From NCBI GenBank assembly GCA_027068075.1, contig JAMOUJ010000005.1, positions 524,162 through 588,161 of the forward strand: a stretch of DNA of 64,000 bases, given 5' to 3'. The position numbers and the translations under genes are program-made. The DNA is from Candidatus Aminicenantes bacterium. Lineage in GTDB: Bacteria > Acidobacteriota > Aminicenantia > S016-38. The notes under the pieces are model-generated. The model searched no databases. It was not told the origin of the DNA and saw only the letters and a program-made list of their open reading frames with translations. The stretch's first letter is position 1, and each line of letters starts with the position of its first letter. Positions 9,882 through 19,057 of this stretch are shown piece after piece.

Positions 9882-10145
9882 ATGGCCCTTATGATAACCG
9901 AAGAATGCATTAATTGCGGAGCCTGCGAACCTGAATGCCCCAACGAGGCTATTTATCAGGGAGCGGAAATATTTGAAATTGATCCGGAAAAGTGCACCGA
10001 GTGCGTGGGCTTTTACGACGAACCCCAGTGTATAGCCGTTTGTCCCGTGGACTGCATAGTCCCCAATCCTAACTACCAGGAAACCAAGGAACAACTCCTG
10101 GAAAAATTCAAGAAACTTCATCCTGACAAGGAGCCCGTTCTTTAA
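9882..10145 (+). CDS. 2x[4Fe-4S] ferredoxin
   Basis: CINCGACEPECP and CTECVGFYDEPQCIAVCP motifs. GGAGG lies 6 nt upstream of ATG 9882. An extended -10 (TGATATAAT, 9835-9843) overlaps the hppA stop. Confidence 0.9.
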   Translation: MALMITEECINCGACEPECPNEAIYQGAEIFEIDPEKCTECVGFYDEPQCIAVCPVDCIVPNPNYQETKEQLLEKFKKLHPDKEPVL

Positions 10146-10167
10146 AGCATAGAGAAAAAAGGAGGGA

Positions 10168-10192
10168 GGGGGGAGTAATCCCCCCTTTGTTC
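10168..10192 (+). terminator. GC hairpin (GGGGGG-agtaat-CCCCCC) followed by TTTGTT, between the ferredoxin gene and apbC
   Basis: A perfect 6-bp G/C stem with a 6-nt loop and a short T-rich tail, read directly from the sequence. A role as a partial terminator or attenuator is inference. Confidence 0.3.
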
Positions 10193-10198
10193 GCTGAA

Positions 10199-11281
10199 AT
10201 GGAAGATAAAATAAGGGAAGTATTGAAGACTATTCAGTTCCCTGGCTACAGCAGGGACATAGTTTCCTTTGGAATGGTCAAGGGGATAAGGGTAAGGGAC
10301 GGGGAGGTGGAGATAGACCTCCACATAAACACCAAGAACCAGGAAGCCGCCGAACAGGTCAAGAGGGAAGTGGAGGAGAAGGTTTCTTCCCTGGAAGGGG
10401 TTTCCCGGGTTAAGGTTAACCTTACCACCCTTTCCCAGAAGGAACCTCCTAAGCCTAAAGCCCATGTTTCCACCAAATCCAGCCCCTTCGCCGGCCAGCA
10501 AAGGATTGAGGGAGTGAAGTGCGTGGTGGCCGTGGGGTCCGGGAAGGGGGGTGTGGGAAAGACCACCGTGGCGGTTAACCTGGCCCTGGCCCTGGCCAAG
10601 AAGGGATACAGCGTGGGAATAATGGATGCCGATGTTTACGGTCCCAATGTCCCCACCATGATGGGGATAGAAGGGGCCGTGCCCCGGGTGACCGAGGACA
10701 ACAAGATAATCCCGGTGGAAGTGGGCGGCATAAAGGTTATAAGCATAGGTTTCTTCGTGGAGAAGGACCAGCCCGTCATATGGAGAGGTCCCCTGGTTTC
10801 TAAACTTATAGAGCAGTTCCTCAGGGATGTGATGTGGGCTCCCCTGGACATTCTCATCGTGGACCTTCCTCCGGGCACCGGGGATGTCCAACTTTCCCTG
10901 GTTCAAAAGGTCCCCGTGGACGGAGGAATTGTGGTGACAACCCCCCAGGAACTGGCCCTCCAGGATGCCCGCAAGGCCGCAAAGATGTTTGAGGAAGTGG
11001 GGGTTCCGGTCATAGGAATAATTGAAAACATGAGTTATCTCGTTTGTCCCCATTGCGGAGCCCGGATAGACCTGTTTCCCCATGCAGGGGCGAAAAAGGC
11101 CGCCCAGGATATGAATACCAAATATCTCGGGGAGATTCCCTTTGAGCCCCGGGCGGCGGAGGGATCGGATTCCGGAAAGCCGGTGGTTCTATACTATCCC
11201 GATTCCCCCCAGACCAAAGCCTTTCTGGAACTGGCGGATGTGGTGGTGAGGGAAACCAACTGTATTGAGCCGGTTCAGTAA
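10199..11281 (+). CDS. apbC: Fe-S cluster carrier ATPase Mrp/ApbC/NBP35 with an N-terminal DUF59 (MIP18-like) domain
   Basis: Walker A in ParA/Mrp form (VAVGSGKGGVGKTT) and a CPHC pair. ATG at 10199, alternative TTG at 10187. Confidence 0.9.
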   Translation: MEDKIREVLKTIQFPGYSRDIVSFGMVKGIRVRDGEVEIDLHINTKNQEAAEQVKREVEEKVSSLEGVSRVKVNLTTLSQKEPPKPKAHVSTKSSPFAGQQRIEGVKCVVAVGSGKGGVGKTTVAVNLALALAKKGYSVGIMDADVYGPNVPTMMGIEGAVPRVTEDNKIIPVEVGGIKVISIGFFVEKDQPVIWRGPLVSKLIEQFLRDVMWAPLDILIVDLPPGTGDVQLSLVQKVPVDGGIVVTTPQELALQDARKAAKMFEEVGVPVIGIIENMSYLVCPHCGARIDLFPHAGAKKAAQDMNTKYLGEIPFEPRAAEGSDSGKPVVLYYPDSPQTKAFLELADVVVRETNCIEPVQ

Positions 11282-12137
11282 GTTTCCCTGGCTTAATGTT
11301 CTTCTCTTTCTCTTAACCCTTTTTACCACCCTTGCCTGGGGTGCCCTTCACTGGATGGGGTTTTACCATCCCGAGGCTTCCCCCCGGGAGATGCTGGAAG
11401 CCTTTAAAACCCTGCGCTTTTTAAAGATGGGGGCGCCCTTTTCCTTTTCCCTGCTTTTTATTCTCCTGTCCCACGAAATGGGCCATTACCTGGCGGCAAG
11501 GCATTACGGAGTGGATACCACCCTGCCCTACTTCATCCCTGCCCCTAATCTCCTGGGAACCTTCGGTGCAGTTATAAGGATAAAATCCCCGGTTCCATCC
11601 CGGAGGGCCCTCTTTGACATAGGGATAGCAGGGCCTTTAGCGGGTTTTTTCGTTACCCTCCCCTTTTTGCTCTACGGGCTCTCAAAGGCCTTGGTGCTCA
11701 AATCTCCTCCCACGGGGGGAATTTTTCTGGGAGATCCTCTCCTCTTGAAAATCTTATACCGCTTTTATTTTCCGGGGGTTTCTCCGGAGACTGTGGTGAT
11801 TCATCCCGTGGGTCTGGCGGCCTGGGTGGGACTTTTCGTAACCTCCCTTAACCTTCTTCCGGTGGGTCAACTGGACGGGGGTCACATAGCCTATGCAGCC
11901 CTGGGAAGGGAGGCCGACAAACTATCCCTGGCCCTCTTCGCCTTTCTTCTCTACCTGGGAATTTTCAAGTGGGCCGGATGGCTAATCTGGGATCTTCTAC
12001 TGATTTTTCTGGGGATCCGCCATCCCCATTTCCCCTATCCGGACCGACTGGATTTCCGCCGAAAACTTCTGGCCCTGATTGCCCTCGTGGTTTTTCTACT
12101 GACCTTCATTCCGGTTCCCATCAGTTTCAAGGGCTAA
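11265..12137 (+). CDS. M50-family (site-2 protease-like) membrane metalloprotease
   Basis: HEMGHYLAARHYGV (HExxH) inside a polytopic membrane protein with a downstream LDGG motif. Confidence 0.8.
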   Translation: MSRFSKFPWLNVLLFLLTLFTTLAWGALHWMGFYHPEASPREMLEAFKTLRFLKMGAPFSFSLLFILLSHEMGHYLAARHYGVDTTLPYFIPAPNLLGTFGAVIRIKSPVPSRRALFDIGIAGPLAGFFVTLPFLLYGLSKALVLKSPPTGGIFLGDPLLLKILYRFYFPGVSPETVVIHPVGLAAWVGLFVTSLNLLPVGQLDGGHIAYAALGREADKLSLALFAFLLYLGIFKWAGWLIWDLLLIFLGIRHPHFPYPDRLDFRRKLLALIALVVFLLTFIPVPISFKG

Positions 12138-12550
12138 GTTTTGGCCTCCAGGAATTTTCCCCGGGCCTCGGCCAGAATCTTTTCCCCGGACATGAGTCTG
12201 GAACCCGTGTAATATAAATTCCTTCTTTTTTCTTCCACCCATCCTTCCACGGTGTAGGGAACGGCGGGGGAAGTTTTCCTTCTGAACCTCACCGTAATCT
12301 CCACGGTGAAGGCCACCACCCCCTGAAAGAGGAGGGCCTTGGCCATGGCCTCGTCCAGAACCGTGGTCACGATCCCACCGTGTATTATTCCAGGGTATCC
12401 CACATAGTTCTCGTGGAAGACTACCTCTGCCCGAACCAGTTCCCCTTCCTTTTTAAAACTTAATTTCAGGCCCCAGGGATTTTCCTTCCCGCAGGCGAAA
12501 CAGCCCTGCCAATTCAGCCAAGAACTTTCCTGACTTTTTCCATTGCCCAA
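12134..12550 (-). CDS. Hotdog-fold thioesterase (PaaI/YbgC-like)
   Basis: Hotdog core region (GYPGIIHGGIVTTVLDEAMAKALLFQG). Its stop overlaps the convergent M50 gene by 4 nt. Confidence 0.7.
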   Translation of the reverse strand: MGNGKSQESSWLNWQGCFACGKENPWGLKLSFKKEGELVRAEVVFHENYVGYPGIIHGGIVTTVLDEAMAKALLFQGVVAFTVEITVRFRRKTSPAVPYTVEGWVEEKRRNLYYTGSRLMSGEKILAEARGKFLEAKT

Positions 12551-13704
12551 TCTATCTCCTCCTTGGTTATGACCAGAGGTGGGGCGAAGCGGAGAACATA
12601 TTCGTGGGTTTCCTTGCAGAGGAGCCCTTCTTCCATGAGTTTTTCCGCATATTCCCTGGCGGGTTTTTTCAATTCCACTCCGATCAAAAGCCCTCTTCCC
12701 CTGACCTCCACTATATTCGGATTGGAGATGGTTCTAAGACGGTCCATGAAGTATTCTCCCATCCGGGCGGCCCTGCGGGGAAGATCCTCCTCCACTATGA
12801 CATCCAGGGCTGCTATTCCCACGGCGGCTCCCAGCGGGTTTCCCCCGAAGGTGGAACCGTGATCCCCGGGCTTGAAGACGCCCAGGATTTCCCGGGATGA
12901 GGCGAAGGCGGATACGGGAAGAATGCCTCCGCTCAGGGCTTTGCCCAGGATGATCCCGTCGGGCTTTACCCCTTCCCATTCCCAGGCGAACATCTTTCCG
13001 GTTCTGCCGAGACCCGTCTGAACCTCATCCAGGATCAGGAGAACATTGTGTTTTCTGGTTATTTCCCTCACTTTTTTCAAATACCCTTCCGGAGGTATTA
13101 TTATCCCCCCTTCCCCCTGAATGGGCTCCAGAAGGACCGCTACGGTGTTTTCGGTGATGGCCTCCTCTATGGCCCGGGCGTCGCCGTAGGGAACCATTTT
13201 AAATCCCGGGGTAAAGGGAGAAAACCCATCCCTGTATTGGGGTTCCGAGGAAAAGGAGATGATGGTGATGGTTCTTCCGTGGAAGTTCCCTTCGGCGGCT
13301 ATTATTTCTGCCCTGTCCTTTTCCACCCCCTTTACATAATAGCCCCACTTTCTAACGGCCTTCAGGGCAGTTTCTACCGCCTCTGCCCCGGAATTCATGG
13401 GAAGAACCATTTCCATGCCTGTAATCTCAGCCACCTTTTTCAGAAAGAGTGGAAGTTGGTCGTTGTAAAAGGCCCTGGAGGTAAGGGTTAATTTGTCCAG
13501 TTGTTTTTTTGCCGCCTCCACTATTCTGGGATGCCGATGTCCCTGGTTCAGGGCGGAATAGGCTGAAAGCATGTCCATGTACTTTTTGCCCTCTACATCC
13601 CAGACCCATACCCCCTCCCCCCTTTCAATCACTATGGGGAGGGGAAGGTAGTTGTGGGCGCCGTAGGTGGCGTCCATTTCCATTAATATCTGAGTTCTGT
13701 TCAT
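12514..13704 (-). CDS. rocD: Ornithine aminotransferase (class III PLP aminotransferase)
   Basis: YGAHNYLPLPIVIERGEGVWVWDVEGKKYMDMLSAYSALNQGHRHPRIVEAA closely matches the OAT N-terminus. A PLP-lysine region is present. Confidence 0.85.
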   Translation of the reverse strand: MNRTQILMEMDATYGAHNYLPLPIVIERGEGVWVWDVEGKKYMDMLSAYSALNQGHRHPRIVEAAKKQLDKLTLTSRAFYNDQLPLFLKKVAEITGMEMVLPMNSGAEAVETALKAVRKWGYYVKGVEKDRAEIIAAEGNFHGRTITIISFSSEPQYRDGFSPFTPGFKMVPYGDARAIEEAITENTVAVLLEPIQGEGGIIIPPEGYLKKVREITRKHNVLLILDEVQTGLGRTGKMFAWEWEGVKPDGIILGKALSGGILPVSAFASSREILGVFKPGDHGSTFGGNPLGAAVGIAALDVIVEEDLPRRAARMGEYFMDRLRTISNPNIVEVRGRGLLIGVELKKPAREYAEKLMEEGLLCKETHEYVLRFAPPLVITKEEIDWAMEKVRKVLG

Positions 13705-13760
13705 GAATTCCTCCTTTCAGGTGAATTCAGTGAAAAATTATATCAGGGAAATACCCCAAA

Positions 13761-13793
13761 AATAAAAAAAGGGCAGGGGGTTGCCCCCTGCCC
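13761..13793 (-). terminator. Rho-independent terminator downstream of the outer-membrane-protein gene
   Basis: On the minus strand: GGGCAGGGGG-caa-CCCCCTGCCC followed by TTTTTTTATTTTT. Confidence 0.8.
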
Positions 13794-13811
13794 GATTTAG
13801 CGAAAAAACCC

Positions 13812-14327
13812 TCAGATCTTTATGCCGAGTTCCAGGGCACCGTATGGTCCCACTCCGGAATACATGCCCAGGGTAACGCCTCCCACGGTGATCCCGGAGT
13901 TGAGGAATACGGAGAGACCTCCTTCCAGTCCGATCACATACTTGTCGTTGAACATGACCTTATAACCCACACCTCCGGAGACGGAGAAGGTGAGGGAAGA
14001 GGTAGATGCGCCGGCGTATTTTGCGCTGAGCATTCCCAGTCCTCCGTATCCTCCCACATACAGTCCGTGGCCGGTTTTTCCCTCTTCCAGGTATTTTCTC
14101 ATTCCTGCGTTAACGCCCAGACCAAATACGCTCCAGCCGCTGCTGGAATATATGTAGAGGTTACCCCCGACTACCGGGTTCAGACCGTTAGGCCTTATGA
14201 ACTCCACATTGACATTGGGAACCCCAAAGATGATCCCTACGGGATTGACGGCTATGATTTTGGACCCGCTGTAGGCCGGGACGGTAAGCATAGCAAAAAG
14301 AGCGAGAAAAAACAGAGATTTTTTCAT
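13812..14327 (-). CDS. Small glycine-rich outer-membrane beta-barrel protein (OmpW/OmpA-TM-like) with a signal peptide
   Basis: N-terminal MKKSLFFLALFAMLTVPAYSG, then alternating hydrophobic Gly/Tyr-rich beta-strand pattern. Confidence 0.7.
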   Translation of the reverse strand: MKKSLFFLALFAMLTVPAYSGSKIIAVNPVGIIFGVPNVNVEFIRPNGLNPVVGGNLYIYSSSGWSVFGLGVNAGMRKYLEEGKTGHGLYVGGYGGLGMLSAKYAGASTSSLTFSVSGGVGYKVMFNDKYVIGLEGGLSVFLNSGITVGGVTLGMYSGVGPYGALELGIKI

Positions 14328-14372
14328 TTTTACCTCCTGAGATTTGTTTTTCCCTATTATATCACGGGGAAC

Positions 14373-15968
14373 TCAGATTTCGTTCCTGCCTATTTTTTTC
14401 GCCAGTTCCCTCCAGGTGAGTTTTACGATTATGGGTCTGCCGTGGGGACAAACCTCGTGGTTTTCGCTGGCAAAAAGTTCGGCCACGATGTTCTCCATCC
14501 TTTCTATTCCCAGAATTTCTCCCCTTTTCACCGAGGCCCTGCAGGCCACAGTGGCCAGCACGGGGTCCCTTCCCCGGAGGGCATCCAGGAAGACCCTTTC
14601 CACCTTTTCCGGTGAGATCACCGAAGGATGGGATTTTATGGCGATGCTGTTTCCCGAGAGCCACTCAAAATCAAACCCCGCCCCCCGAAGTTCCTCTTCC
14701 TTTTCCCTGAGGAGAAGACTTCCCTCCCCGTCCAGGTCCAGGATGGCGGGTATTAATAGGCTCTGGACAGGGACCTTTCCTCTTTTCAATTTTTCGTAAA
14801 GGGCCCTTTCCATGGCATTGTGCTGATCCACCAGGTATAGCCCGTCGTCCCTTTCCACCAGGATGAAAACTCCTCGGACCTGCCCCACCACCCGAAAATC
14901 CTTCCCCCGGTGGTCCGCCTCAAATTCCAGGTACTGCCTCTGGGTTCCGTATGTGGAAGCCGGGGCTTCCGAAACCCCCATCGGAGGCGAGGGTTCTCTG
15001 GAATAATTTCCCTTCACCGCAAGGTTGAAGAGTCGGTAAAGGAGCGAGGTTTCCTTAAATCGGACCTCCCTTTTGGTGGGATGTATGTTGACATCGTAGG
15101 TTTCCGGGGGAGCCTCCAGGAACAAAACGCCCTCCGGAAGGTTGGGGCTCTGGAGCAGCCCTGAGTAGGCAGTTTTAAGGGCAGAGTAGATTTCCCTGTT
15201 GTGGATGGGCCTGCGGTTTAGGAAAAAGAACTGCTGGGGTCTCGGCCTTCCTCTGCCTGGCAGGGATGAGAAACCGTGGAGTTCCATACCTCCCCATTGG
15301 GCTTTCACCTCCTTTAATCCCTTCAAAAATTCTTCCCCCAGGACCCGGGATATTCTCTCCCTCAAAGTGGTGGGAGGGTAATTAACCACTTCCCTTCCGT
15401 CCCTAAAGAGGATGAAATGAACTTCCGGGTAGGCCAGGGAGTAGGAGGTCAGGACCCGGGAAATTTCCCTTATCGTGGAAGATGGGGAGGGCAGGAATTT
15501 CCTTCTGACCGGAAAATTGAAGAAAAGATCTCTGACCTCCACGGTGGTGCCCCGGGGATGGGGAAATTCCCGGACGGGGCCCACCTGTCCTTCGCTGCAC
15601 TCCACGGAATATCCCGTATCCCCTGCCCTGGAAACTATCCTCATCCTGCTCACCGCGCAGATGCTGGCCAGGGCTTCTCCCCGGAACCCCAGGGTTTTTA
15701 TTCTGAGGAGGTCGGCTTCCGAGGAGAGTTTGCTGGTGGAATGCCTTTCCAGAGCCAGGGGAAGGTCCTCGGGAAGGATTCCCGTCCCGTCGTCGGTGAC
15801 GGAGATTAGGGAAAGCCCCGCCTTCTCTATCCTCACCACCACCCTTTTCGCCCCGGCGTCCAGGGAATTCTCCACCAGTTCCTTCACCACCGAAGCCGGG
15901 GTTTCTATCACCTCTCCGGCGGCTATTTTGGATCTTACCTCGGGGGTTAACCTGTTTATTCTCCCCAT
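14373..15968 (-). CDS. mutL: DNA mismatch repair protein MutL
   Basis: MGRINRLTPEVRSKIAAGEVIETPASVVKELVENSLDAGA is the GHKL ATPase N-terminus of MutL. The true ATG is at 15968; the ORF's 144-aa upstream extension is spurious. Confidence 0.9.
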   Translation of the reverse strand: MGRINRLTPEVRSKIAAGEVIETPASVVKELVENSLDAGAKRVVVRIEKAGLSLISVTDDGTGILPEDLPLALERHSTSKLSSEADLLRIKTLGFRGEALASICAVSRMRIVSRAGDTGYSVECSEGQVGPVREFPHPRGTTVEVRDLFFNFPVRRKFLPSPSSTIREISRVLTSYSLAYPEVHFILFRDGREVVNYPPTTLRERISRVLGEEFLKGLKEVKAQWGGMELHGFSSLPGRGRPRPQQFFFLNRRPIHNREIYSALKTAYSGLLQSPNLPEGVLFLEAPPETYDVNIHPTKREVRFKETSLLYRLFNLAVKGNYSREPSPPMGVSEAPASTYGTQRQYLEFEADHRGKDFRVVGQVRGVFILVERDDGLYLVDQHNAMERALYEKLKRGKVPVQSLLIPAILDLDGEGSLLLREKEEELRGAGFDFEWLSGNSIAIKSHPSVISPEKVERVFLDALRGRDPVLATVACRASVKRGEILGIERMENIVAELFASENHEVCPHGRPIIVKLTWRELAKKIGRNEI

Positions 15969-15989
15969 TTTTTTATTATACTTTATCGG

Positions 15990-16988
15990 ATGAAAAAGTT
16001 GTTTGTCCTGGTGGTTATCCTTACCGCCTTTTGCTCGCCAAAATTTCAACCGGAGAAGTTCGCCTTTCCCCTGGAGGAGGTGGAGAAGGCGGAGGTGAAG
16101 GGGGCTCCGGTTTTTTTTGACGGCAGGGTTTGCATTACCGATGAGGGCTGGAAGGCGGAAATCGGAGAGGATGGAAGGGTTGAAGTTTCCAGGGGAGTTG
16201 TGAAGGTGGCTCCTCGTCCCCAGGAATTCCGGGATGGGGTTCTTAGGGAGGGCGAGGATGAGTACTACGGCACCGCCGACGGTTATGTAATAAGAAAGAG
16301 CCGGGGGAAGGTGAAATGGAAGTGGAAAATAGGGGGAGGCGTGGTGGCAAGGCCCGCTTCCTACGAGGACTTTCTCTTCGTGTCCTCCCTGGACGGACAC
16401 CTCTACGCCTTTAAAAAGAAGACGGGTTCCCTCCTGTGGATAAAAAAACTTCCCGGACGGGGAAAATATCCCCCCCTGGTTTTAGACGAAGTGGTGGTGG
16501 CTCCATCCCTTTCCAGAAAAATAAGAGGGTTTCACCTGAATGGCAAGGTGGCAGGGGATTTTCAACTGGAAGGGGTGCTTAAATTTCCCCTCTTCGTTCT
16601 AAGGGATAAGAAACTGGTGGCGGTGAGTTACGATTGGGAAAACCAGAGGACCGCAATACAGGTCCTGGCCAGGAAACTGGGGGTGGAAATAAAGATTTAT
16701 CCGTCACCTCCGGTTAGCACCAAGGAAGGGGCCGAGATAAAGGCGAAGATCTACGGCTTTTACTCCCCAGAGGTGGTCTTCAAAATAAACGGGAAGGTCC
16801 TTTCCCGGGGGGAGGATACCCGAATCCTCTGGTTCCCCTCCAGGGAGGGTATTTACAAAATAGAAGTTGTGGTAAAGGAAGACCGCGTGGTCAGGTCCCG
16901 GTATGTGGTGGTGGAGGTCAGGGACCCGGAGATGGAGAAGTTCAGGGGGATCATGAAACTGAGGACTTCTTGCTACTGGAAGAAGTAG
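15990..16988 (+). CDS. PQQ-like beta-propeller (BamB-like) secreted/lipoprotein
   Basis: Signal peptide MKKLFVLVVILTAFC. PQQ-like repeat DGHLYAFKKKTGSLLWIK. It is divergent from mutL with only a 21-bp spacer. Confidence 0.6.
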   Translation: MKKLFVLVVILTAFCSPKFQPEKFAFPLEEVEKAEVKGAPVFFDGRVCITDEGWKAEIGEDGRVEVSRGVVKVAPRPQEFRDGVLREGEDEYYGTADGYVIRKSRGKVKWKWKIGGGVVARPASYEDFLFVSSLDGHLYAFKKKTGSLLWIKKLPGRGKYPPLVLDEVVVAPSLSRKIRGFHLNGKVAGDFQLEGVLKFPLFVLRDKKLVAVSYDWENQRTAIQVLARKLGVEIKIYPSPPVSTKEGAEIKAKIYGFYSPEVVFKINGKVLSRGEDTRILWFPSREGIYKIEVVVKEDRVVRSRYVVVEVRDPEMEKFRGIMKLRTSCYWKK

Positions 16989-17005
16989 TTTGTTAGAATA
17001 GCCAG

Positions 17006-19054
17006 ATGAAAACCAGGAGGCTGGAAGCCCTCTTAATTTTCACCCTTCTTCTCGTGGTGCTGGCGGTGAACCTGCCCGTAATAGGGGGAGGGTTTCTCTG
17101 GGACGATTTTTCCCTAATAGTTACCAATGAGAACATAAAATCCCTCTCTCACATCAAGGATTTTTTCACCAAGGGGTTCTGGGAAAACAGCAGCGTGGAG
17201 GGAAAAACGGGGGGATATTACCGGCCCTTAATCCTCCTTTCCTACGCCATTGATTACAAAATCCACGGCCTCAGACCCTGGGGTTATCATCTGACCAACC
17301 TGGTGTTTTTTCTCCTCTCCGTTTTTCTCCTCTACCTTGTTTTGAAGAGGATGGAGGGCAATTACCTGTTTGCCTTCGCGGTGGCGCTGTTTTTTGGACT
17401 TCACCCCATGGCCAAGGAGCCCATGGGGTGGATTGCCGGCAGGACCGACCTTATTTCCGGTTTTTTTCTCCTTATTTCCACCTACCTCTTTTTGAAACAC
17501 ATGGAAAAAAAGAGGACCTGGGCGGCGGGTCTTTCCCTTCTTTCCTTCGTGTTCGCCATGCTGAGCAAGGAGGCCTCCTATATTTTCCCCCTCTTCCTGG
17601 TAGCCCTGGTGCTGTACCGGGCCAGGGATAGGTTCTGGAGTTTTATCCCGGAGTTTTTAGCCTTCGGCTTCACCGCCCTGGGATTCTTTTACCTTTCCGT
17701 AAGAATAAGTTACATACCGGCGGCCTTTTATCCACCCCGGGCGTATTCCTTTCTGAGCAATTCCCTGAAGACCCTGGGCTTTTATTTTTTCAAGGCGGTT
17801 CTGCCTCTGAAGGTTTCCCCGGTGCCGGACTTCGTGAGGATCCTGTCCAGCCACACCTATTTATGGGTGGGAATTGTTTTTCTGGCCCTGCTCTTTCTCT
17901 TTCCCCTGAGGCCGTTTAAGAAACTGGGGTTTTATCCCCTGGCAGGGTTGATTTTTCTTCTTCCGGCCCTGGCTCCCCTCATCCTCACCACCCCCACCCC
18001 CATTGCTAACAGATTCGCTTACATAGGGCTATTTTTCCTTTCGGCGGTCCCCTTCGTTTTTCTGGAAAGGCTCACCGGGAAAACCCTGGCCCTGGCGGCG
18101 GTTCTCGCCCTTTGCCTTCCCGTAGGCCATCTTTCCCTGCAGTTCAGCCGGCTTTACTCCTCCGAGGGGGAATTCTGGACCCGGGCCTATAAGATGTCCC
18201 CCACATCTCCGGTGGTTCACATCAATTACGCCGCCTTCCTGGTGAAGGCCGGCAAATACCGTAAGGCCCTCCAGGTTTTGGAAAGCCTGAGCCAGGGCAA
18301 GAACATCCCGGTAAAACTCATCATGATAAAGGCCCAGGCCGAAGCCAAGGCCTATTTCTTGCTGGGGGAGTTTGAAAAGGGGGAGGAGGTTCTCCTGAAG
18401 GCCATGCAATATCCGTATTTTTATTCCAGGGACGCTTATCTCTACCTTATGAACTTTTACTCCCTTACCAGAAAATTGGATGCCATGGAGAGGATTTCCC
18501 GGGCCCTTCTCAAGGTCAAGGACTATTATCCCTACGAATATCTGGCCTATGTGGAGATTACCCGGGGGAACTACGCAGGGGCGGAAGAATACATGAAGGA
18601 AATGAAGACCCTGGGGGCTCCGGAGAAACACCTGGAGGACCTGAGAAAACTCAGGAGGAAAATGGAAAGGCTTCAGCGCCAGGCGGAAGTCAAACCCCTA
18701 TCCCAGGCCACCCTTCTTTTCCTTCAAGGAAAACTCCAGGAAAGCGAGGACATAGTTAATGCTCTTTTGATGGAGAATCCCCACAATCCCGAAGCCCTTT
18801 TCCTTTACCTCAAGATAGGGCTTATAAAGGGGAGGTTCAAGAACTGGAAGGAACTCATAGATTTCGTGGTGGAGCGGGCAGAGGAGTCTGCGGTGCTTGA
18901 CAAGGTCTTCTCCTATTTCTGGTTTCAGTGGATGGCTCCGGGACCCTCCGCCTATGTCCTGGAGAGGAGCCTTGAGAAATTTCCGCACCAGCCTTATTCT
19001 TCTAAAAAACGAATAATTCTCAACTACATAAAGGAAGAAATTAAGGGAGGATAA
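17006..19054 (+). CDS. Polytopic membrane glycosyltransferase (GT39/GT83 PMT-ArnT-like fold) fused to a C-terminal TPR domain
   Basis: About 11 predicted TM helices in the first ~380 aa with a conserved WDDF-like loop near the N-terminus. The C-terminal 300 aa carry TPR-like helical repeats. Confidence 0.65.
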   Translation: MKTRRLEALLIFTLLLVVLAVNLPVIGGGFLWDDFSLIVTNENIKSLSHIKDFFTKGFWENSSVEGKTGGYYRPLILLSYAIDYKIHGLRPWGYHLTNLVFFLLSVFLLYLVLKRMEGNYLFAFAVALFFGLHPMAKEPMGWIAGRTDLISGFFLLISTYLFLKHMEKKRTWAAGLSLLSFVFAMLSKEASYIFPLFLVALVLYRARDRFWSFIPEFLAFGFTALGFFYLSVRISYIPAAFYPPRAYSFLSNSLKTLGFYFFKAVLPLKVSPVPDFVRILSSHTYLWVGIVFLALLFLFPLRPFKKLGFYPLAGLIFLLPALAPLILTTPTPIANRFAYIGLFFLSAVPFVFLERLTGKTLALAAVLALCLPVGHLSLQFSRLYSSEGEFWTRAYKMSPTSPVVHINYAAFLVKAGKYRKALQVLESLSQGKNIPVKLIMIKAQAEAKAYFLLGEFEKGEEVLLKAMQYPYFYSRDAYLYLMNFYSLTRKLDAMERISRALLKVKDYYPYEYLAYVEITRGNYAGAEEYMKEMKTLGAPEKHLEDLRKLRRKMERLQRQAEVKPLSQATLLFLQGKLQESEDIVNALLMENPHNPEALFLYLKIGLIKGRFKNWKELIDFVVERAEESAVLDKVFSYFWFQWMAPGPSAYVLERSLEKFPHQPYSSKKRIILNYIKEEIKGG

Positions 19055-19057
19055 AAA

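Noticed and set aside
15969-16400. N-terminal 144-aa extension of the mutL ORF (and similar upstream extensions of the metH ORF to 52946 and the two GT4 ORFs to 54970 and 57031)
   Set aside because: The conserved family N-termini begin at internal ATGs (15968, 52745, 54631, 56881). The extensions overlap upstream genes and have aberrant composition.
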